Origin: the human T2T-CHM13v2.0 reference genome, Homo sapiens | DNA: 64,000 bases | Strand: one strand, 5' to 3' | Assembly (NCBI RefSeq): GCF_009914755.1 | Contig: NC_060927.1 | In this document: positions 13,973 to 27,249 of the stretch, piece by piece | Position numbering within the stretch: the stretch's first letter is position 1 | How the letters are laid out: each line of letters opens with the position of its first letter | Program-made: the position numbers and the translations under genes | The notes under the pieces: model-generated | What the model was told of the DNA's origin: nothing | The model's database searches: none | The model's input: only the letters and a program-made list of their open reading frames with translations

Positions 13973-14856
13973 CTAAGAACACAGAAAGACAAATATTAGC
14001 ATGTTTGGGAGGTGATGGCACTGCATCCGTCAGTAATTTTTAGACAACTTAATTTATAAATAAAGCCTGGCCTGCGGACCCCGTTTATTTCCTTAGTCCC
14101 AGAAATATTTATAAGATCCTGACTCCAGTTCTTTGATAGAGAGAGATCTGAAGCTCTTAAAAATATTACCAAGTTCATTGTTCCTTACTCAAGGCTTTCG
14201 ATGCTTCTAATGTGTGTAGACACTTAAACACTTTTACAAATAGCACACATGAATGACTTAATGACCCAGCAGTGTGTTGATTTGGATCTTACAAAGCAGG
14301 ATACTGTAATAATTTAACACAGGAGATTAAAAATTATCTTTGGAAAACTGCTGGGGGTTGTGGCTTAGGTAGTAGATTCCCTTTCCAAAGGGAATTTGAT
14401 GAAGACACTGTGACTAATTTTGCAAAAACTGTTCTGAAACCCTCAGGTTCTTTGGGTTAATACCTCAGAACTCCTCATTTTGTCTCCAAGTCTTGACTCA
14501 GTATAAAGGCAAAGTGTCTCTTTCTGAACTCTTGTGGCAAGCCACTCATTTCCTCCATACATGGATAAACAGACCCAGTATGAGAGCCTACACTGAGACC
14601 ACTGCTAAGTTTTTAAATTTCTCTAACTGTGCCTGTCAATTACATTTAAATAGTAATGTGAAGACAAACCCCCACACAAATAAAAATCTGCTGTAAATGC
14701 CAGGGAAAAAGGAAAAGTGATTTTAACACAAAATATTATATGCCAGCTCCTTGACATTTATTAGATCATTTTAGTATCCATTTGAATTATCCCATATTTC
14801 CCTAACAAAAAATAACAATGCAAGACATTGTTATTTGAAAAGGAAAATGCACTTAC

Positions 14857-14871
14857 CCACATTTTAGCAAA
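14857..14871 (-). CDS. CADPS: CADPS 15-nt microexon (FAKMW)
   Basis: U-rich tract, ctgaaag|TTTGCTAAAATGTGG|gtaagt; in frame between GQE and HQY. Confidence 0.88.
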
Positions 14872-17079
14872 CTTTCAGAAGGATGATTAATTAGGAACAG
14901 AAAAAAAAAGGAACAGTGCAAATACAAATTAGGACAAAAGGACACATGAGAAAATAAAAATTAAATAAAATATTCAAAAGTCTATGTAAACATATGGAAA
15001 TAAGCCATAGTAATGTGGTTTAATATTCTGATAACTGGCAATCAGAATTATTGAGAGTGAGGAAAGGGATGTGAATTAGGTAAATCCATTTAGAATCATA
15101 GGCGAGGTTTGTTTGTAATTGGAAGACCTGGATAAAGTCCCAGTGCAAAGTTGGGAAGTCATGTTACCTATGAAAATTTAACTCAGTTTCCTTATCTGTA
15201 AAAAACAAACAAAAGAGATAATAATACTATCATCCTGGACCAATGAGAAGGGAGAAACCAGTATGAAACTCTGATTTTGGAACGGGAACAAAGCCAACCC
15301 TGTATAAAGATTTTTAGCGGGTCTATGCTAGTATTATTATTTTAAAAACCAGTGCCCGAGTCCTTTCCTGTAGTCATGCCTTCAGACTCATAAGTCTCTG
15401 TTTGGGAGATCAAGTGAGAGTCTAGATGTGAAAATATTTTGTCAACTGTCATCGTGACTCAAATATTGTTAGTTGTTCAAGTTCATCAAGTATTAGATAA
15501 GGGTAGAGAGAGACAGTCTTATCACTTAGTCATCTCCTCCAGTTTCATTTTAATTGATTAGAGGAAAAATAATACAGCTAATGGCTTGTATGTTGTAGTC
15601 CCGTTGAATCAGAACCCATGTTGGCTATACTGCTAGATTCAAAAAGGAATTTACTCCTAAGTGGCATAAACCTGAAGCTAAATGCAAAAAATTTATCTGC
15701 AGAATTCTTTGCTAGAAACACAAAGAAAGATGTCAGAGCAAAAGAATTCAGGAAAATTGACAGGGCTCCAAATTCATTTTTAGGTCTTGAGATAAGATCC
15801 AGAATCACATGCTTACTTTTCCTCCTCATATGACTGCCTCACTCGTCTAGGTTTTCTTTGCATTGCTATAAATGATTCACATTTATTAATTATGGGAGTA
15901 AACTAAATCAGAAAAGCTAGCTGTGTGCAAAATAATATGAAATATACCAAGCAAAGAAGAACATCATTGAGAAACAAAACACTCTCTTGAAAAACTGGGC
16001 TGAAGTGGCAAATAGAGACTAGAGTAATTGTTCTCCACACACCAACAAAGATTTAGGGTCTTACTCTGAGGAGTTAATGATGTCATTCTTTCTCCCAAGA
16101 GAAACAAGCTTTCTCTTCAGGAGCTAGAAACTTCAAACCCTTTCATAAGGAGACATGGTTGAGACATCGTGGCTTATGGAAATATGATGATTTATGGGAA
16201 CCTCTTCCCATTTCAATTTTTCCATGCCAAACTTCGCCTTAATTTTTCTCCAGGCAGTCCCACTATCTCTCCCTTTCACTCCATACAAATATGATCATCT
16301 CCATTCCTCTTCTGTTATAATGAACGTTGCTTTTTTTCTGCTTATAAAACAAAGTATTTTGATATGATTATTCTGTCTCTCCCATCCAGGGGAAACTTTA
16401 TCATGTCAATCTCTGTTGGTCTATTTCCTCATTTTTGCAGTGGGGCTAGAATTATAACTTGTGAATATAGACATCATATTCACTTAACCAAATAATGAAA
16501 CAATGCATGGAAACGTGGTTTAGAAACTGAGAGGTGCTATGTGGCAGTATTACTACTACTACTATGATTAATAGATTAACATAGTGGTTGCATGTGTATA
16601 TACATTTCTCTAAACTCACCTAAAATCTCTATATTTTGTTGTATGTAAATTATGCCTCAATTTAAATATAAGCTTCTTTGTGGAAGATAGCAGAGCAGGG
16701 TAATAATTACTCTGTTTATCATGTAGCAAAGAGGTAAATATCAAAGCAGCCCCTATTCCTATTCAAGTAATTACAGAATACGTGAATCCCTTTTGCTAGT
16801 TTTCCCTGATATATGAGACTTATTGGATTAACTTGCTTTCTGGAGTAATAGTGAGTACTCTGCTTTCACTCCTTGATCTTTCTTGGGAGATATATTGTTC
16901 TGTGCAGATGTGAAGCTCCATGAAGGGGTATATATATATCAGTGGGGCAACTTTTAATTAACAAACATTCCTACTAGACAATTTTGTTATAAAATGCCTT
17001 GCAGTCTGATCGACTATCCAGATACGGTACAAAGAGGGAGCTTTACCATTTTCCCATTTTCCAGTCCTCTCTGCTGGCC

Positions 17080-17366
<287 letters not shown>

Positions 17367-19379
17367 TCTACTGGCCTTCTTGGATTAACTTGCCCTATAC
17401 TCCAAAATTATATCCTGAGGGAACTACTAATATTCAATGGCCTGGAAAGTTTGGTCAGTTCACTTTTGCTTCTGATGGGCTGAGGTGCAAATTCACAATT
17501 ACTGTGTGAAAATCATTCCACTTGACTTCCTGTGCTACACGTTTTGCCTTGTCATAGAACAGATTGTGTGTATGTTGTCTTTCTGTTAAGACCATCTGAC
17601 CTTGGAAATGAGATGAAAACACACTAGACCAAGTGAGAAACTATTTAATACGCAATTTCCCTTCTATTGGTACTTCACAAATTTTAATGAAAAAAATAAA
17701 TACTTAAGATGGAAAACTATGCTTAACAAATGTTTCAGCAGCTGCCTTTACATGTGATATTACCCAATGATGAAATCCAGGATGCGATCTTAAAAATGGA
17801 GATTTCATCACCTGGCCAGTATCTAATCTAAAGCAGGTTGAGGGAGTTGGGACCCAGGTGGAGGCTGGTATTAGTAGCTAGGTCTATAATATGGGCTTCA
17901 TATCCCATACTCAGAAATACAAACTACATAAAAACATTGGACTTTCATCTATTCTTATCCCAGTTCCAGGATGTTTCCAGATATTCTTGTTAAATCTCAT
18001 TTTAGCAACTCAGCTTTACTTTGGAGATGAATATTCCCATTCTACAAAGTGAGAAAAATCAAGGAGGAAACATTTCCATATGACTTTCCATTGAAGTTCT
18101 GATTAAGGTTACAGCCACTGTGCTAGACCACTTAGAAGAAGTACATATTTACAGACAATTAAGTCAAGCTAGCTTTATTCTCACCTGTTCTCAGCCACTT
18201 GGCATTCAAAGAAGCCTCATTTCCCACAGCTGGTCATTTAAGTGTCTCAGATTCAATTATACTAAGGAAAAATGTCACGAAAGATCTCTCTAAGATGGCT
18301 TGGGAAAAAAACCAACAGTCTTACAATAAGAATCATAGACTAGGATGCATTATTGGATGGGCCCTTAATAAAGATATTCAGTCTAGATGTGTGTGTGTGT
18401 GTGCGCGCTATTTTGGGAGAAACAAGAAATGTTTACAAGCCTCGGTTATTTGTTTTCATTAAAAAAATTATGTTGAGTCACATGGGGAGAGTATGGGTAG
18501 TCTTTTCTACTTTATCAAATAGAACAATGTCTAGAAAGAAATAGACACTGCTGTTTCATGTCAAAAATGTTACTGCAAGTCCAAGACAACTTTCTGATTT
18601 TATATCCAGAATTAGGGGACTTTATTTAATACCCAATTTTAACAAACCACATACTTCCCAAAGGTTGTGTGTTGCATGCTATGTTCTTCATTCAGCAAAT
18701 GATGACACATCGTTTGGCAGCTAAGGTATGGAGTCCATACGATGTCATGATTAAACCAAAAGGCAACTTATTCTTCTATAAAACCAGACTCCCAGGTCAA
18801 GCTAAGGTCATTCTACCTTGGCCCAGAAGCAATTAGTGGTAAAGAGAAAAGAAGGGTCCGCCATTGTGATAAAAGTCAACTTGGTCTTTCTCATCCTCTG
18901 TCTCCAACTGGGGTCTATGGTTTGGTCAAGAAGGTCCCCAGGTCGTCTGAAATTGTAGAGTAATAATATATGAAAGTATTTTTTTCCCCTGAGAAATGGC
19001 TCCATACCTTTTTTTATATTCTCAGTGAAGTTTGTGACAGCAACTCCCACGCTCCCACTACTCTCCCTAAACCCCCAGCTCAAAAGCAAAACAGCCCAGA
19101 TCAAAGTGACTTGGCTTGTTTGGAAGAATTGTTTAACCATCTGACCAGGTATGTGGGAGCTTTTGAAACATGGCCGTCATTGAATCAAGCTGGGGAGGGA
19201 CTGCAAAAGCTGCTGAGGAGAAGGCAAGACCAGTCCTGTTGTATCAACCCTTCTGCACCCTGGCCTAGCACCATCCTTAGAAAACTCAGTTAAAATGTAC
19301 ATCTCAAGAAGATTTAAGGGGAAATAGGTCAACTGCACTGCATTTAATTTAAAAGAAACCTGTTATGTTTTAAAGGATC

Positions 19380-19930
19380 CCATCGAGAAGATGAAAAAGA
19401 AAACCCACAGAATGGGAGAAAATAGTTGCAAATCGTATATATGATAATGGTCAAGTATCCAGAACATATAAAGAACTCTTACAACTCAATAATAAAAAGA
19501 CAAATAACCCAATTTTTTAAATGGGCAAAAGATTTTGAATAGGCATTTCTTTAAAGAAAATATACAATGGTCAATAAATACATAAAAAGGAGCGAACAAT
19601 ACATGCTACAGCATGGATAAATCTTGAAAACACTGTGCTGAGTGAAAGAAGCCAGACACAAACGGCCACATATTGTATGATTTTGTTTATATGAAATGTT
19701 CAGAATAGTTAAATCCTTAGAGATAGAAAGTATTTTGGTGATTACCTAGGGCTGTGAAGAAGGGAGGGGTGTGAGAATTAATGGGTACTCAGTTTTTCAG
19801 GTGATAAAAATGTCCTAAAATTGACCGTGGTGATGACTGCATAACTTTGTGAATACACTAAAACTACAAAATTGTACATGTTAAACTGGTGAATTTTATG
19901 GGTATGTGAATTATATCTCAATTTTAAAAA
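19380..19930 (+). mobile_element. Old L1 (L1M-type) 3' fragment with internal deletion
   Basis: cccacagaatgggagaaaata...aaagaactcttacaactcaat...gcatggataaatcttgaaaac...gtatgtgaattatatctcaat. Confidence 0.85.
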
Positions 19931-20461
19931 CAGTAGCTCCAAGGGGAGAAAAATTAAGGAGGAACAGGATTCTGGAAAATATGAACTCAAAGGGATCTCA
20001 ATGAACTTTTGAGATCACCAAAAACAGGGCCTTTAAAGTGGGCTTGATGAAGCCTAAGAGATTGTTTAAATATTCCAGAGCAGCTTAGGTGGGTGGTGGG
20101 CAGTGAAGAGGTGCAGAGCAGAGGGCCACCTGGCAGCTTGGACTCTAGGCCCCCTCCTCCCCTCTCCATCCAGAGCAGCTGTACTTTTATTTGTGTCACA
20201 TGCTGGCCTTCTTGATTTGCTTTGAAAAACAGATTGTGCCACTAAAAACACCCTGAATAAAACTAGAATAGTGCTACCATTTTACAGATGAGGAAACTGA
20301 GGCCCAAAGAAGCTGAGTGATTTGTCAAACTCCAGCTTTCAGCTCAGCCAGGGGAAGAATCTAGGTTTCTGAACACCGAACCCAGGTCTTCCCCAAGGGG
20401 GGCTATCCTTCCTACCTGAGTCCTTCCCCTGAAGTCAGGTTTACATACTGAGTATCCAGAT

Positions 20462-20648
20462 CAGTGGTTCTCATAGTGTGGTCTCTGGAACAGCCAGCAG
20501 CATTAGCATCGCCACGGAACTTGTCAGAAATGCCAATTCTTAGACCACACCGCAGACCTATCTGAAATTCTTGGGTGAGACTCAATGATCTGGGTGTTCA
20601 GATGCTCTCTGGGTGAGTTTAACGTACACTGAAACATGAGAACCACTG
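20462..20648. mobile_element. MER5A-type hAT MITE
   Basis: Terminal inverted repeats cagtggttctca / tgagaaccactg, about 190 bp. Confidence 0.85.
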
Positions 20649-21708
20649 CCCCAGATCATTCATATGAGCACACGATGCTGGGACAGAGAACCAAGGGCAC
20701 CCTGAATTTGACTCCAGTGCTTAGAACTTAATCCCCAGGAAAAGGTCCTCGACAAGAAAATTAGTCAGGAACAGAGTTAACCAGGGTGGGGGTGGGGGCT
20801 GAGGAAGCTGACTTGTAGGGGAAACAAGGTTGAAGATGATCTTGCCAGGAAGAGAATACCACCAACCCACATTTAAAAATGGAAGGTGCTGAAAGAGAAA
20901 ATAAATAACGAATAAGGAGCAAATATAATTTAGTAAAAATTCTGAACATGTAAGGCTGGTATCGAAAGATCTGATTTAGGAGCAATTTATGCCAATTGGC
21001 AACAACATAGAGTTGCCAGAAATGCTTCTGAATTAATTCTAAATTGGTATATGAATATCTAGCTGGCTTAAGGCCATCAGAGAAAAATGATCATGATAGT
21101 CTTTAATCAAGCCCAAGTTGCTGTTTCCTTCTCCTTTACATTTTAAATACTGCTTTGGAATTGCAAACTTAGCAAAGGACTAAACTTTTGGTCAGGAAAG
21201 ATTCATGATCAATTCAGTCTAAGGAAAATTGAAAGTCTGCAATTTTTTTTTTCTTTTTTTTTTTTGGAAATTCAGAACCTGCTGGCTGGGGATTGGGTAG
21301 CAGGGTGATCTAACATTATACATCCTGGAAGTTGTTTGATGCAAGAAAGGCCTCTCTTGCTGTCCAGATGTTCAAAGTGATAAAATGCACTTCAAATGTG
21401 AAAATGACTTTCATTCTGGCAAACACAGATCTGTTCGAGACACCAGCCTAATAAATAAGGTCGTCAAACTTCATTTAGCTTAGAGAACTATATGGCCACC
21501 CCAACTCCAGCCAAGAATCACTTCCAAGTGACTGACATTCTCATCAGCACATGCCTTAGAAATCTACTTGACAAACAGATACTGAACACTCATCCATGGC
21601 TTAATCCACAAATGTTAGAGTGTATTTCTGAAACTAGCAGACTAGGGTAGATGGAAGGAATTTGTGAAGTTTTCTTCTACATGATCAATGAAGAGGGAAA
21701 AAAAAATC

Positions 21709-21712
<4 letters not shown>

Positions 21713-21744
<32 letters not shown>
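21713..21744. repeat. T32 mononucleotide run abutting a splice donor
   Basis: Direct reading. Confidence 0.95.
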
Positions 21745-21746
<2 letters not shown>

Positions 21747-21747
<1 letters not shown>

Positions 21748-21894
21748 TCTTGGCCCATTTCCATGCTGCAAAGTTTTGTTGATTGAGCTTTGGCATCAAC
21801 CATAACATTAAACATGGTGCATATTGACTGTGGGACTCGAAAATCTGTTGATCGACTGGTTTTTTGCAGCTTAACTTCAAATGCAATCCTGGTT
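21747..21894 (-). CDS. CADPS: CADPS coding exon, 148 nt ([49 protein letters not shown])
   Basis: TAG acceptor, GAG|GTAAAA donor; phase 2 to 0. Confidence 0.97.
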
Positions 21895-23158
21895 CTATTA
21901 AAACAAAGTAGGAAAAGACCAATTCAGCGTTCAGATGGCAGCAGGTGGAGGAGATATTTTCTGAGAGGTCAGTGAAAAAGAAAATTGAAGGCTGTAATCA
22001 GTTTCAGTCAACAATGACTTCACATGTGTTCCCTTTTAAATGACTTTCCCAACTAAGGAAGGCCTATTCACGGAGACAGACATGCACACCCTTCCTTTCC
22101 GGCAGTACCCGGAACACTTGTAGCTTGGCGTATTTCTCTCTATAGTTTACATGCTATGGAGAACCTTAATTGCAGGAGAATGAATGAATTCACAAAAACT
22201 CGATTATAGCAGTATAGCATATGTAAGTTCTCTCACATTGGCAACTGCCTACCTTGAATTACTTCATTAATAAAACAAAACAAACAAAAACCAAAGCAGT
22301 TTTTAATCTTCAAAACCTCGTGGTGGGGAAAAAAATCTTAAATGATGTTTATTGCTGTGGGTTTTTATTTTCCCCTTTCTGGTTTTGAAAGAGACAAAAA
22401 TTTAAAATCCAGCAAGTGTATTACATTGCTTTAAAGACTACAAAATTTATTTTGCTTGTTAAAGGACATAAAAAGGTAATACATCAAGCTGTTAAAGATG
22501 GCTACCTTTGAGGAGGGGAGGGAAATTAGGAGGTGTGGTATTGGGGGACTTCCACTATGTTTTGTTTTCAATGTCAATGTATTATTTTGCAATAAAATAC
22601 ATTATTTTATGATTTAAAATGTCATAATATACAACTATTTTATATGTACGCTTAATATACATATACAAATTCAAGAATTGTGTGATGGTGGAATCTGAAA
22701 GTAACATAATTCTGACATTGGTCAAATTAGGATCTCAGCAATGTGCTAACAACTCATAGAAAAAGCCTAGCCTGACATGGCCAGCTGGTAATACAGGTGG
22801 GAGATCTTATCCTTGACATCAGCATTGTAAAAGGGGCCTAGTTATATTTTAAAAGGTTTCAGGGAAGTGGGTGATATCATCAAATGTCTTTAAAGAAAAG
22901 CACCTGGTTAGTAAGTGGCTTTATTAAGGCCCCATTTGCCTGATGCATCTTTTTGGCATTGTTCACTGTCAAGTTCTGGAGATCATACAGCCACCAGGAA
23001 AGCATTACTTTAAGAGGAATTTGTAGCAGTTTTCTAACAGTGCATAGGAGGACCACACAGCTAGTTAGCTCAGGAAAGGATGCCAGCTTGCTAACACACC
23101 CTGAGTGCATGCAGAGAAGCCAAGTATAATTTCTAAGGTTGGGAGCCCAGTTCTTAAG

Positions 23159-23187
23159 AAAAAAAAAAAAAAAAAAAAAAAAAAAAA
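23159..23187. repeat. A29 mononucleotide run
   Basis: Direct reading. Confidence 0.93.
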
Positions 23188-25834
23188 CACCTAAAAATCC
23201 CAAACCCTTAAAACACCCCTATATATTATATGATCATGTTAAAGATAAATGTATCTTGGCTTCTGAAGATTCAGTGCACTCAAGTAGCTTTCTAATCATG
23301 ATGATCATTTTAAGCTACGCTGAAAATACATCATTTGCCGGTTTTGTGAAAAGGAGGCCTGATGAGGACTGAGTTGGACAGGTCCCTGTGCTGATCTTCT
23401 GAGGCTTGTGTGCCAGTTCCGGCCCAATTTGAGAAATGGAAATGCTAAATTGCTCCCTTCCAATGAAGTAATCGTCTTCAGTTTTCACAGGAGAACTGTT
23501 CATAGCCCTTGGAGTGCAGGGCTGTGAAAAGAGGAAGCTGAATGCAAAATTAATATGACTGAGAGGGCTCTGTAGGACCAAAACGCCAGAAAAGGAGAGG
23601 TCATTTAACTCAACTGACTCCTTGAGGGCAAAAGACAGCATGCCTTGTTTTGTGTTCAGCACAAGTAACCTGATATAGACTAGACTAGAGGCTCTGTAAA
23701 TGTCTGTCAAATTGATGAATTAAATTTCTGGAGCACTGAAACATGAGGAGTGCCTTATTGACTTTTTGTCATGGCATATTTATACCTATGAAACAATGTC
23801 CTTGCTATGTTGGCTTAGAACAAGGGACACAGAATCTGTTCTACCAAGGAGAACAACGGTTCTAGGCTCTTCTAATGTAGATTCTATGTATTAAAACATT
23901 CAAAAACTCGTCCATGCTCTGTCCTCTGAATCTGTAGGTCCGGGGGTATTTCCACCCATTTTTGCTCTTGTCTGCTTTTGGGCTGATTTAAAAGGGACAT
24001 CAGGAAATTTAAGTGTCCAGGCCAGCCATACATGTGCAGTGGAGCAACTTCTGTCAGTAAAAGGTTGCTTAACAGCTACTGTGTGCCAAGCATGGTGCTG
24101 AGACCTGGGGAGGGTAAGGAACGCCAAATGAAAAAGATCCACTCCCTGGCTCTGTGCAGCTCACCCTCTTTAGGTGTCTGAACCGTGAAGACATGATTAC
24201 AGCATGGTAAGGGATAAGAGTCCCTATCCACCTGTGACATCCTCATATCTGTCCATTTTCTCTGAGCATCTTCCCATTTCTTGCTCCCTACCCAGACTGG
24301 CCTCTCCATGAAGGACATGCATGTCTTTCTGTACAATTATGTGCACAGTTTAGGAACTGGTAAGCCTTTACTGTAATGCATTTCACCCCTAGGACAGATC
24401 ACGCAAAAAGTTTTTTTATGGAATGGTTTGGCCATTGGAAAAGCATTGCTTTTCCTAAAATTGATATAGACTATCTAGGAGATCGTGGAATTCAAGACCC
24501 TAAGGAAATATTTTGATCTTGAGTTTGAGAAGTAGGCCTGCCTTCAGTTCTAAGAGAGAGAATAAAAGAGCAATACTAAAAAATCTGGATCACTACAACT
24601 TTAAGCTTCTGGAAGTGGCCTCAAACACCTGCCCAGATTCTCCATAGTGCATAGTTCCTTTCTCAATTCCTGCTGAGATGCTGTTCACCTACCTGAGATT
24701 GCATTGTTCTTTTGCTTTTTTGCTTTCCAGTTCTGATGATATTACTTCACCTTTCCTCTTCCAAGATATGAAATAATAAATTCAAAGAACTTCCAGACAA
24801 ACCCGGCCCCCATCACCCACAATTGATCCATCAACCAAGCTACACAACATCTGGAGATTTGGAGTAGCCTGTGCTGCTTGCAATCTGGGTTTTTTTTTTT
24901 TTTGAATGAGGAAAAATAATGCAACAGTTATGAACTAGAAAAGGAACTTGGATGTGTATCTGGGGGTAGACAGAGTGATGATGATGATGTCCCCTCAGTG
25001 GAATTTTATTTCTATATTTGATATGGAGACACTCCATGAGGAAAGGGATTCTACTACTCTCATTCTTCATTGTATGCCAAGAACTTAGCCCTGTGCCTGG
25101 CATATGGGAGGAGCTCAAATGATGTTTGCTGAATGGATGAATGTTGTCCTCATTTTTTTCCCTCACCTTCTCAGAACAGTCTGCCTGGGAACTTCAAGTA
25201 CAGCATTCCTAACCTAGTCCTAAAAGCCACAGTGACAAAACAGGGAATCTATGTGCAGGCAAAATGTAATGTTCCATGTCTCATGCCCCGCTGTTGAAAT
25301 CCAGCTAGATTTTCAACAAGACAACTACAAGTTGGCCCACATATATGCTCATCTTTTATATACGGAGTGAATGATGATGCTAAGGCCCTATCCACATTGT
25401 TAGAAAACCATTAGATTTCTGCTAGCCATACTGGATACGCCAGCTCCAGAATTGCATATTCTTCTTTTTTTCCCTTCTAATTGTCCACTCAGGCACACAT
25501 TCATACATTTAACAAATACTTACTAGTTAAGTATTTTGTGCCAGACACTGCTAGATATCAGGGATACAAAAAAGAATGGACAGGGATCTTTTCCTCTTAA
25601 AGCCAACAACCATGAAAAAATTGGCAGCCAGATTATTTTGGGTTTGGGACAGATGGAGGGCAGGTGAATGGAAGTTAGACGTTGACAGCCACTACTCCAG
25701 CTGACTTTGACAAGCAATCCCCTTCTCCAATTAGTTTCAAACTACAGCCAATTGAAAGAGCAGCCATCTACCCTTCCCTGAGTCTGTGTATGGTGGGGAG
25801 GGTGTGCAGAACCTGTCCAGCCACCTATACTTAC

Positions 25835-25990
25835 CTTTTGACACAAGATTCGATCATGTCACTTGCCATCAACTTCAGCCGTTGTTCCAGGTGCTTTCCA
25901 AACTCTTCTTCAGGCCAGTGCAGGTCCCGAATGAAGGTCTGAAGGGCGTCAAGTTTCCAAAACAGATCTTCTGAGGTGCCTGACCCATTA
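25835..25990 (-). CDS. CADPS: CADPS coding exon, 156 nt ([51 protein letters not shown])
   Basis: CAG acceptor, AG|GTAAGT donor; phase 2/2. Confidence 0.97.
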
Positions 25991-27222
25991 CTGGCAGGAC
26001 AAAAATTAGAAAATGAGAGTCACCCACTGGCCTCAGGCTCTACAAAAACTAACACAGAGACAACTGGGGGCTAGAAGGCAAACAGCAGCTTCAACATACA
26101 AAACAACGTGTGTTGGCGGTGGAGGCGGGGGCGAGTCTCCACCGGCAGATTTTGAGTTTTACCATACATGACTTAGTGTGCTTTGCTCAGCCAATTACCC
26201 CAGACCAGTGAGAAGTCTGGGGAAGGTGTTGCCCCATAACAACCAGGAGAATGGTGTATGGTAAAAATCAGCCTTCTTTTAATAACCACATTAACACATG
26301 TGATGATTCAGATGAAGGCCACGAACCAGGGGGAGAAATAGTCTCAACAGATAATAACTACATGGCAACATGCAGTTATTAAACTTCAGGGTTTCATGCA
26401 TTTCCCCAGCTCCCCTCCAGAGTGGAGACCTCTTGGAGATTGCACAAGACTTTTCGTTTTCAAAGGACAGTGCTAACAAAGTGGTGAGCGAGGACCTGCT
26501 TTCTCTCTTGAAGAGCTGGAAAGAAATTAGGGTGACTCAGATCAAGAGGGGTACACCTGGATACCTTGATTCCAAAATTCTAGTTCAGTTTGGTTACTGT
26601 TCCAATTTTCATAGACCAGCCCATTGCATAGGCAGGGTCCTCACCAGGATGAGGTGAGTCGAGACAGTGGAAGTTAGTGGACAAGGGATATTGTCAATGC
26701 TTTAGGGCTCAAAACCTGAGCTCTTTTACCATTGCACCATCTTACCCAGTCCTGTGTGCAGTTGGGGAAATTGGTTTTGATGCCTTTCTATACGATGACG
26801 TCTAAGAAACTTTTACCTGGGGCATCTACAAAAAGCCTGTGTATGAAAAATGCTCCATCTCTCATCCTCCTGCCCTTTTCTGGCTGGCTGTCTTTTTTGT
26901 AACAATCCCATTTGGAGCTCTGAGGGGTGTCCTCCCCACCACCCACTTCCTCGCATACCACTAATGCTAACACAGTAATTTATAAAATGTCCAACACACC
27001 ATGCATTACCACTTGTTCTGACATCGTCTATAGAAACAGATGAGAGTGGGTGTTTCTATTGTGACAGATGCCAGCTGCATTGAATTAATGCTTCAGAGAG
27101 AAATATAGCTAGTGCATAAATGCATACACAGCTACTGCAGGGCGGGGAGGGGGCACACGCCCAAGCATGCTGAGAGGGAGCCTACGGCCTGGACCAACAG
27201 GGTAATGTTTTCAAGGACAGAC

Positions 27223-27249
27223 CAGTCTGAGGTCAGTACGTAGACGTAT
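27223..27249 (-). CDS. Candidate CADPS 27-nt microexon, phase 2/2 (YVYVLTSD)
   Basis: cctgctccatcgtgtcag|ATACGTCTACGTACTGACCTCAGACTG|gtctgt; CpG-retaining surroundings. Confidence 0.35.

Noticed and set aside
20884-20893. REST/NRSE left half-site TTCAGCACC (minus strand)
   Set aside because: No GGACAG right half-site
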